A stretch of 64,000 bases of DNA, taken from assembly GCA_951406725.2 (NCBI GenBank), contig OX597815.1, positions 21,824,001 through 21,888,000 of the forward strand, given 5' to 3'. Below the pieces are notes generated by a model. That model searched no databases. It worked only from the letters and a program-made list of their open reading frames with translations, and had not been told where the DNA came from. A program made the translations under genes and the position numbers. Positions 54,146-64,000 of this stretch are shown one piece after another. The stretch's first letter is position 1, and each line of letters opens with the position of its first letter. Source of the DNA: Octopus vulgaris. Lineage: Eukaryota.

Positions 54146-55056
54146 ATCCACACATCCTACCTACCTACTTACCTTTTATCTATCTACCTACATATATATA
54201 CCTATTCACAGCAGCTGTGTCCCAGCTAGATTATTCTATACTTAAAACAAGCATCTCTTCAGCATCATCTCTTATGAAAGAAACATCATTTCCAGCCATT
54301 ATCATTATTTCTTCTTTTCTTCTCACTAGGAGACTCTTATAGTCTTTGGGTTGTCTACGCCCTCGCATTTCTTTCACTTTCTGCTACTTTTCTCGAAAAC
54401 TCTTTTATCATCGCCGACAATAGCTGCACAAGATCATACTCCAACACATACTCAAATGCATACATGTATCACATATAATATAAACCATTTATGATATATA
54501 TACATACATGCATACATACAAACATAGATATGTATGTGTATATATACATACATACATACATGCATATATATATATATATATATATATGTACATGTATATA
54601 TATATGTACATGTATATATATATGTATATGTATATATATATGTATATGTATATGTATATATATGTATATGTATATATATGTATATATATATGTATATATA
54701 TGTATATATATATATATATACGTATGTATATATATTGATTACATGTGTCTATGTGATTTTGTGTGTATGAGTCTCTATCTTTCCCTCTCTCTCCCTCTCT
54801 CCCTCTCTCTCCCTCTCTCCCTCTCTGTCTCTCTCTCCCTCTTTATATATGTATATGTGTACATAAAGGTATATGTACATGTGCACACACACACACATAT
54901 ACATATGCAGAGAGGGAGGAAGAGGCAGAGAGATAGAAATAGATAGAGAGGGAGAGGGGGCGTAGTGGGAGAGAAGAAGAGAATGATAAAGAAGTACATT
55001 GGAGACAATGTGTTTGTGCGTGTGAATGTGTGTGTCTGTGTGCGAGAGTGTGAGTC

Positions 55057-55094
<38 letters not shown>

Positions 55095-55320
55095 TTAGAC
55101 TTTAGAAAGTGGAGAAAGAACTATGAATGTCGATCAACATGTTGTAATACGTTATTTAATGCATTAAAAGAAAGACGTAACGAGCGGTTAACATAGTGGA
55201 AATGGTATTAAGTGGTACAACATACTTATAGCCAGAGAGAGACCCACTAACACAGCAACATAGAAAATGCTCCATATTTCTCTATGTGTCTCTACTAAGA
55301 GATGCGTCCGCTAGCACGCT

Positions 55321-55374
<54 letters not shown>

Positions 55375-55375
55375 A

Positions 55376-55571
55376 AGGAGTGGCTGTGTGGTAAGAAGCT
55401 TGTTTCCTTCCCTACCACATGGTTCCGGGTTCAACCCCACTGTGTGGCTCCTTGGGCAAGTGTCTTCTACTATAGTATTGGGCCTACCAAACTCTTATGA
55501 ATGGATTTGGTAGATGTAAACGGAAAGAAGCCCGTCGTATATACATATATATATATGTGTGTGTGTGTGTA

Positions 55572-55604
<33 letters not shown>

Positions 55605-55813
55605 ATATGTGTGTATGTATGTATTTGTGTGTCTGTATTTGTCCCCCGCCTACCGTCGCTTGACAACCAATGTTGGTGTATTACGTCTTCGTAATATAGT
55701 GGTTCGGCAAAGAGACCGATAGAGTAAGTACTAGGCTTACAATGAATAAGTCCTCGGGTCGATTTGTTCGACTACAGGCGGTGCTCCAGCACGGCCGCGG
55801 TCAAGTGACTGAA
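55376..55813 (+). mobile_element. SINE family B
   Basis: Colinear with 16128-16545. Confidence 0.9.
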
Positions 55814-55824
55814 AATATATATAT

Positions 55825-57115
55825 AGATAGATAAATGGAGTTAAGCGCAGGTGTTATTCAAATTCTTTTACTTCCGACATATGTTTCGAAGGCAACATTG
55901 GTATTATTCCAAATTAGATTAATTTGCCTCCCATAAAGAATAATCAACCAAATAGTCTTGCTATTAGTTGCCATATTTTTAGTGTAACAATTTTTAAGGC
56001 ACCGATTTATCTTTAGAATGAAAAAAAGGGTTTAATAACGGTTATCTCCCTTACATTGTAACAAAACCTTGCTCTGTTCGGCGTTGGTGTATAAATTAAA
56101 ATTGATATCGTTTATATCCTTACAACTCGATTTCATGTCTCCATTACTAAAGGTAGAATAAGATTGAATGGAATTAATGTAGGTAACTTTATCTGTATAG
56201 CTTACTTTAAATAAGGCATAGTTATAAAATTCAGCCTTGTTGAAAATGTGAACATTAGCAGATAACTTAGACAATCTAAATGAAATATTCTTAATTAAGT
56301 TCTTAGTGATTGCCCTAGAATGATTACTGAATTGGCTAATATACTTAAAGTTAGTCGATGGTTTGAGGTATGGGAAGTACGAATTATTGTGTAAGTTAAG
56401 TGTAATATCTAAAAAGTTGGCTTTCGTTACATCATCATCAAAAACTATGCCTAACCCCATTCTAAGGAAAAACTTAACTAAACTATTCTTAACCTTTTGT
56501 ACTTTTTGGTCAGAAACATTTTGAAGGTAGAGTAAACAATCATCACGATATAGACCTCCATTGATGCTTGGGAACTGGTCTGCCATTTCATTAAGTACAT
56601 ATATACCGACCAAATCAGCTATTTGTGCTGAATCAGAACTTCCCATCGTAACATTATAACCATCGGGTGTGTCTTTACGGACCGACAACTTCTTTCTGGC
56701 GGCTAACACGACATTAATATCTTCCCTGATGAGACCAGCTTTGTTATGAGCTAGCCAGAGTACCTTATTAAGTACTATTGGGTTGTTGGTGGAATAGAAA
56801 CTAGAAATGTCAAACTGGATAAACTTAGTGCTTCTCTTATTAGTAATAGAACTAAACCAGTCGACGACTTGGAACGAATTGGACCATAAACTAAGCTTTA
56901 ATTTTTTAAAACTATGGTAGGAATATATTTATCTAGAATATTTTAACTAAGTACACAGATGTCAGAGCTAGAAGGACAGATAAGTCGTAAAGATGGGTTA
57001 TTAAAAAATTTTGTTTATGATCTTTTAAAATAGAACGAGGTTGGTTAGGATCAAGTGGTTCTGTATTCATCTGTAAGTTATACTTATAAATAAGTGCACC
57101 TCCATTTATTTATAT
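55825..57115 (-). mobile_element. Truncated Penelope-like retroelement (Naiad-type RT) with a pLTR remnant
   Basis: RT pseudogene; pLTR at ~55830-55990 with an HHR remnant (GAAAC-ATAT-GTC; stem II ggcaac/gttgcc); short inverted terminus ATAAATGGAG at 55831 and ~57100-57109. Confidence 0.88.
56032..57085 (-). pseudogene. Penelope-like reverse transcriptase fragment
   Basis: LKDHKQNF/NNPSLRLICP, KFIQFDISSFYS (upstream of the listed ORF), NVTMGSSDSAQIADLVG, GGLYRDD, NFLDITL, YFPYLKP..YISQFSNH; frameshifts and a stop upstream; no GIY-YIG seen. Confidence 0.9.
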
Positions 57116-57272
57116 ATATTATACAAAATATTTCACATCAACCCGGAGTTTCTACCTTTACAAAAGGGCGTCACGTCCTTATTACTTGTGTGAATTTTTG
57201 CTGCCCTGGTAACTATTTATCTATTTTTTCTGTGTTAATTGTAAACAAGGGAAAATACACACATCCATATAT

Positions 57273-57314
<42 letters not shown>

Positions 57315-57366
57315 ATATATATATATTTATATATATATACATATACATATATATATAGAACTCTTG

Positions 57367-57397
<31 letters not shown>

Positions 57398-57405
57398 ATA
57401 ACTCT

Positions 57406-57523
<118 letters not shown>

Positions 57524-58209
57524 AGAGTTAAGGAATGGAGTAGATAGGATCAAGGCTACATTATTTCATAGCGAGTGGAATATATACACACACAATCACA
57601 CATGCACATACACTGCTGACAATACAAAAAGAAAAAAAAAAGCAACATAAGGAGGGTTCTGGGAGCGGTTGAAGGTAAATGGACGAAAATAAAACAGTAG
57701 TCCATGCGGATAAAGCGAAAGATCAGAGAAAGGAAATATTGTATGGAGATACAAGAAAGAAACTAATGAAAGAAAAGTGAAAGAAAATTAAAGATATAGT
57801 AAGAAATGTCACTCTTGTATTCAGTGAAAATATAAGAGTGACGCTGGAAAGAAAATATTTAAATCAAGGAATGATTAAGAAAAAGCTGAAAAGGGACAAT
57901 GTATAAAATTTTGAGAGAAAATAGACGTAGTAAAGAATGCACGTAGACAAAAATCTTTAGAGCGATGGGCACAATGCCTTGATATTATTATCATTCTGGT
58001 AGAATGCTGAAATTGTTTGACCTTTGGAAAAAAATGTGTTTATTCTGGATTTTTTAATGCTTTGAGCGTTCAACCAGGTCTGGTGAGCATGTCTATATGC
58101 AACTCCAGGAAGTGAACGGGAAACCGTCTCAGTATTAGTGTTAGTCCCATAACAAGCATATAGAACTTGTCAAAGAAATCATCAGGGATGATCTATAGCT
58201 TGATCTGTA

Positions 58210-58836
58210 AAAAGGCCTTTTGATGATATTCAATAAACACAATGCCTTTTGCATCCCAAAAAGCTGAGACCATCTTCTTCCCTGCAGATGAAAAGATCTT
58301 GGCCTTCTTTGGAATAGGTGAAGAGGGGGTGTTTTCACTGAATGGATTGTCTTTTTGCTTCTGGCTCAAAATGAAGCAGACACTCACTCTGGCTTGGGAA
58401 ACGTTCAATGTAACCAGCTGGATCTGTCTCAAACGATGTCAGATTTTCCCGTGATGTGGTCAACCTGGTGTGCTTTTGATCAGATGTCAGAAGATGTGAC
58501 ACCCAACGAGCAGAAACCTTCGTCATACCATGTTCATTAAGTAGAATACACTCAATTCTCTCAAGGAATATGTATTGGATATTTAATTTATAATAAATCG
58601 CATTTAGTGAACACAATCAACATTTCACTCGGTGGTGGCAGTTGCAGAACGTCCAGACCTTGAGTCGTCTTCAGGACTCTCCCTTCCCCGCTTAAATTCA
58701 GCAGTCAACTTTTTCACTGTTGATAAAGATGGAGCATCATCCCCTAAAGTAGCAACAATGTTAGTAATGAATGTTCTTGGGGGTTAAACTCTGTTTCTGC
58801 AGGTACTCGATAACACCACGGTGTCAAATTTTGTCG
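58210..58836 (-). mobile_element. Mariner transposase fragment, same family as 20452-21670
   Basis: GMTKVSARWVSHLLTSDQKHTRL; SAGKKMVSAFWDAKGIVFIEY. Confidence 0.88.
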
Positions 58837-58869
58837 ATGTATGTATATATATGTATGTATGCATATATG

Positions 58870-59810
58870 TACGTCTCCTATATTTTAATTGTTATAAATC
58901 TTCCACTGATGAGGGAGCCAGTTTTCAACAAAGATATAAGGCTCCATATTAGGGATGTAGACAAATTTACATTTGGAACTTGAGAAAAGTCTTGCAAATT
59001 TTTACTGTTCCACTCACAGATTGGACTTGTAATGTACGAATCAGCCGGTCAACTTTTCTTTCTGAAAATCCCAGTTCATCCAGATTCATCCTAGTGCTCC
59101 AATTATTATTGGTATGAATATGAATTCCTAGTCTGGATTTAGAAGCTGGAGGATATATAAGCGGTTGTCCAAAGATATCCTCTTTTTCTTTGATTTTCAA
59201 ATATGTATTTATATCTGCAGGGCAGCTAACCTCTATGATAGCACATACCTTTGCCCATCTGTCCCAAGCAACAATACACGGTCTATATGTTTGCAGAAGT
59301 TTTGATGGGAATATTCCACCAGTATTCCTTGAGTTGGTGTTTATGAATGTATTCCATAACAGAGGGATTTTCTAACTTTATTTCACGAAAGTCTTTTTTG
59401 TGGGTGGTACTGTAAATTGTTTTACCAACAACATCGTGCCGCACAGGGAGGTAGTACCGTCACGACGTTTTAGGACAGTTGCTAGTCACATGCGTAATGT
59501 CTTCCACAGAAACATGACGTAACCTAAACATGCGGTTGCACCTTGGGATTACAAGAACGTCACAGTCTCTCTTGTTCACCAGGTACTTTGTGGTAATCTT
59601 CTATTCCTGGATTGCAAACGCATAGCCTTCAAAGTGTGATGTAATGTAGTGGTCTTGTGTCCAAGAAGAGGCTGCGCTTCGTGTCAGTTCTCCTGTCTTC
59701 TTCAAGCTTCCGGGTAACATACCCATGCATAGTCTTTTTATTTTGTATTCTGTGAGCTTTTCATCCAGGTCTTCTCTGAGGTAAGAGATCCCAGCTGTTT
59801 TGGAGCTGTA
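58870..59810 (-). mobile_element. 3' part of an R4/Dong-like RLE LINE, related to 30770-31620
   Basis: EGYAFAIQE, VEDITHVTSNCPK..RYYLPVRHDVVGK, IIEVSCPAD, LQVQSVSGTVKICKTFLKF. Confidence 0.85.
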
Positions 59811-61488
59811 TGTGTGTATGCATGTATGTATTTATCTATCTATCGATATACATATGTATGTATGTATTATCTCTCTCTCTCTCTCCACACACACACACAC
59901 ACACATACACAGATAAATATAGGGACATGCAGGTGTGCATAATTAAATGCCTCTAAATATAACAATGACTGTAAATATACTTTTTTCCGCACTCAGTACT
60001 ATAGTTAGGTACGTGGGATGTTAGACATTAATTTTGATAATTTATCTTGTCAAGTCGTTTGGAACTAATATTCTATGGAGTGTAAAGTAGTATGTTGTCG
60101 TGAAATTTCTCGATAAACTCAGATCCTGGACTTAATTTTGATTAATGACTGGAGGTTTCCACTTCAAATGTATCCCTTTGCTTTGAGAAATGGCAGATGC
60201 ATCACGTAATATCATTGTTCTTTAATTTCAACACATTGTGTTAATTAAGAAGCAATCTGATGACGTTTTATATGTACTTTAGATAATATATTGCTTTTGT
60301 AATTTTCTACAGTAAGTTACAGGTTTTGCGTGTATTTCATTTAGTATTGATATTGGCACTTAATTTTTGTGGTAAGAACTGGTAAGTTTGTAGCGAATCG
60401 ATTTGTCGATCCAATAATAATTCCAAGCTGAAACGGCTTTCCTACAATTATATCCATGATGTCCTTGGAAAATGAATTACATCACACATTTACGAATGTA
60501 TATCATTGGAGCTCCATTCCTATTCAAGAAATCATAATAGTTAATAATGTTATTCTACCTTCATCTTCTTTTCTTTTTCATTTGTTTTTAACCATTGATA
60601 ATGTTTCCTGTTCCTATAAAGGAATGACCGAGCAGTAAATCTGGTTACTGAAACGCTTCATTGAACACTTATATAATCGTTATGGGAAATGGTTCGTAGC
60701 CCAGTCAGTGACGTGTCTGCAACCGGAAGTGGTTAAACGTAAACATAGAAACTCCATGGCCATATTTTGTTGTGTTCCTGTTGAGTTGGTGTTCTAGTTA
60801 CTGTTTTTGCCTATTCAGCAACCACGTATTTATTTTTTATATATAACTACTTTTTTTCTCAACTTGTCAGTTCCGGTTTCTTATATCTAAAGCAATACAG
60901 ATATAATTCTACTTTTCACGCAGAGTTGCATTATAATTATAATTTGACCGGCTGTCAATCGTTTATTGCCTCTAGGTTCTGATGTACTTTCTCTGAATTT
61001 CCATTGCCATGTGAGCATCAATCTGGATCCGTATTTTTTTTTTGCATGATCGATATCGTTGATGTTCAGTTTCAACTTCTGATGGCCAGAAAACTGTAAA
61101 CACGCTCATACTGCTTAAGGGTTATGGCTATGTCAAGAAAAATATTCTTCCAGTGCAACACGAACCTATATGAATTCATTATGAGTTCCATCCATGAATT
61201 CTCTATTGCTATCGGCTCAGCTATGAATCAGTAACCAAATCAATTGGAGTTACCTAGTTTATAGTTTCGATAAAAAAAAATTACATGTATTCCAATACAG
61301 CTCGTGAACTTAGAATTTATTCTCTATAAGCATGTGTGTATGTGTGTGTGTGTATATGTGTACGTGTGTATTTAATTAGGGATATGTAACCCTCGTGAAG
61401 GGATGGCTGCATCAAAGGAAATACTGCTTCATATACCTAGTACTTTTGGGAAATGAAATTCCCTTAAAACAATAGGTATATATTAGGC

Positions 61489-61872
61489 ATATAGTTTATA
61501 TACATTTAAAAGAAGGAAAGAAAATCGAGATAAGGAAGTTAATAATAATTTATTTTTTAACAAATTGGCCAGCTTCACTTGTTACAACCGTTTCAATTAA
61601 TACTCAATAATTGGATGTTATATGTGGGCCTGTCAATTCATTTCAGAAGACTGCTGAAAGGAATTGATAGGACCACATATATCGTCCAAAGGTACATATT
61701 TTATACTCATGTCACTTAAATGTAAATTTAATGTGCAAATTTGTAATCAAATTATTGGGTATTAATTGAAACGGCTGTAAGAAGTGAAGATGACCGATTT
61801 GTTAATAATAAATAATTATTAACTTCCTTACCTTCATTTTCTTTTCTTCTTTTAAACGGATATAAACTATAT
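61489..61872. mobile_element. ~385-bp fold-back made of two inverted pLTR-like units, each with a decayed HHR; abuts (TA)n
   Basis: Palindromic about ~61650, with a ~60-bp insert in the right arm. GAAAC-ggtt-GTA (minus 61594-61583) and GAAAC-ggct-GTA (plus 61768-61779); CTGAAA at the centre on both strands. Confidence 0.75.
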
Positions 61873-61894
61873 ATTCCTCTTTTAAATGGATATA

Positions 61895-61946
<52 letters not shown>

Positions 61947-62064
61947 TCACACGCACGCATACACAAAACGCACACACATGTGTGTATGTGTTTGTGTTTC
62001 TTTGGCAATAATGTTTCGCTTATTTAGGTATCTATCTATTGTTTGTCCATACATGTTATATATG

Positions 62065-62096
<32 letters not shown>

Positions 62097-62273
62097 TATG
62101 GCATGAATATACATATTGTATACTATATGAGTGCTGGCAGAATTTTGCAAAGTCAAAACTGATAAAAACAGTGAGATATTGTGACGTATTTTCTCTGTAA
62201 CTCATTCAAGCAAAGACGGTATACAATGCTTTATAAGAATTGCTTGGTATTATCATGAATGTTGTTACAAATC

Positions 62274-62638
62274 CAAGCAAGTGCACTCAGAGAGCGCAAA
62301 CTTCCGCAACACCAACGTCCTCTCAACGATTAGCCAGAGAGGATTTAAAATGAGAATATCTGAAAGGAAGTCGACTGTTCTCACAAACGAGAATACTAAA
62401 AATGAACCCGACCACTCTCAAAAATTAGGTAAAAATACAGTAAAAATAATCCAGAATCCTTGTTCGGTACCGGATCTATCCCCAAATCTAATCAGTTCGT
62501 GCCAGTCACAAGGTCAAACATCTCTAAAAGTTTCATCCGAATTCATCCAGCGGTTCTTGAGATATCTTGTCCATGGACAAACAAAGAAACAGATGCGACT
62601 GAAAACAACACCTCCACCTTCGCTAAGGCGGAGGTAAT
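62274..62638 (-). mobile_element. Helentron-associated non-autonomous element (HINE, DINE-1-like)
   Basis: Minus: ATTACCTCCGCC subTIR paired with a nearby GGTGGAGGT; degenerate GTTT/CTTT tract; 3' subTIR GCGGAAGT; stem-loop GCGCTC-tct-GAGTGC. Confidence 0.8.
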
Positions 62639-62752
62639 TATGGTTTTTAAAATGTTTCGGGGAAAAGCGGGACAAAGTAGTATTTGATTTACAGTTGGGA
62701 AGTAATGGAGAAAGAGTAATATTCATTTGAATCTAATATGCTGAAATATTAA

Positions 62753-63127
62753 TCTCTCTCTATATAAACGGCAGTTTGTCTGTGTGCGTGTCTGTGTGTC
62801 TGTTGGGTTGTACCCTCACCCTGACCACGGCTTTCAACCGATTCTGATGAAACTTGACACACACATAGCCCAATGTCATAATTCAAAACTAACGCAGCGA
62901 AAATTTTGAAAAGTTCCCCCAGTTCTGAAAAAAAATCGATAAATTCGACATGGGGTCGAGAATCAGAAACACAAACCGCAAACTGTCATGGGGACGCAAC
63001 TCGACCTTTTTAACTCTAAAAAAAATTTACCTTAATCTTTTTGCTATTTTTTTGGCTATAACTCTCTAAAAATGCTTATATAGTTATTTCCCTTACAAAC
63101 CCGAGCAACGCCGGGCGATACTGCTAG
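62753..63127 (+). mobile_element. Non-autonomous Helitron with a different 5' body and the same 3' end as 39951-40347
   Basis: A|TCTCTCTCTATATAAA ... CCCGAGCAACGCCGGG-cgatactg-CTAG|T. Confidence 0.9.
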
Positions 63128-63189
63128 TTCAAGATAAAAATCAGTTACAACCCTTGTCTAAGAAAAAGTTCTATTACTAGTCTGATATA

Positions 63190-63470
63190 CTCTCTTACTC
63201 TTTACTCTTTTACTCTTTTACTCTTTTACTTGTTTCAGTCATTTGACTGCGGTCATGCTGGAGCACCGCCTTTAGTCGAGCAAATCGACCCCGGGACTTA
63301 TTCTTTGTAAGCCCAGTACTTATTCTATCGGTCTCTTTTGCCGAACCGCTAAGTGACGGGGACGTAAACACACCAGCATCGGTTGTCAAGCAATGCTAGG
63401 GGGACAAACACAGACACACAAACATATACATACATACATACATACATACATACATACATACATACATACA

Positions 63471-63502
<32 letters not shown>

Positions 63503-63682
63503 CATATACATATACATATATACGACAGGCTTCTTTCAGTTTCCGTCTACCAAATCCACTCACAAGGCATTGGTCGGCCCGAGGCTATAGCAGAAGACAC
63601 TTGCCCAAGATGCCACGCAGTGGGACTGAACTCGGAACCGTGTGGTTGGTTAGCAAGCTACTTACCACACAGCCACTCCTGG
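63190..63682 (-). mobile_element. SINE family B
   Basis: Reverse complement of 16128-16545, with internal (TACA)n and a (CTCTTTTA)n tail. Confidence 0.92.
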
Positions 63683-64000
63683 TTACCAGTCTCATTCTTC
63701 CTTCTTGTAATGAAATTTAATAGACTACTCGGGATCGTAAAGTTAATATTGAAATAAAACTGATATTTTCAATGAATAAGGTAATAGATGACAATCGGAC
63801 TCCAGATGATATTCATTGTTATCGAAAGTAATAAAATATGATTGCATTGACAAAGTATTGAGCCCTAAATTGAACAAGCCTGGAAAAGGGTATAATATGA
63901 AAGTGAGAAGTGTGAGGCAAGGCTGGTGAGAAAATTAGTGTGTGATAAGGTACGGAGAACAGATAAAGTACTGAATATTTCAGGCGCGACAATATAGAGC

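Overview
This is a repeat-dominated, AT-rich, non-coding animal window (intergenic or intronic). The SINE families and extreme microsatellite density point to an octopus genome; that assignment is from recall, not a search. No host protein-coding exon could be supported, and almost all listed ORFs are microsatellite artefacts. Recognisable content includes more than 30 tRNA-derived SINE copies or fragments in 3-4 families, five decayed mariner (D,D34D) elements, three non-autonomous Helitrons and one Helentron-associated HINE. There are also R4/Dong-type RLE-LINE fragments, a ~500-bp (AAT)n-associated element, a Penelope-like (Naiad-type) RT remnant, several MITE-like palindromes and minisatellites. 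The most interesting signal is a set of at least five short elements carrying hammerhead-ribozyme (HHR) cores: 2.3, 19.3, 39.5, 55.9 and 61.6 kb. Most are next to (TA)n, three form long fold-backs, and two unrelated copies share a U4C core variant (CCGANGA). They suggest ribozyme-bearing, Penelope-derived mini-elements.
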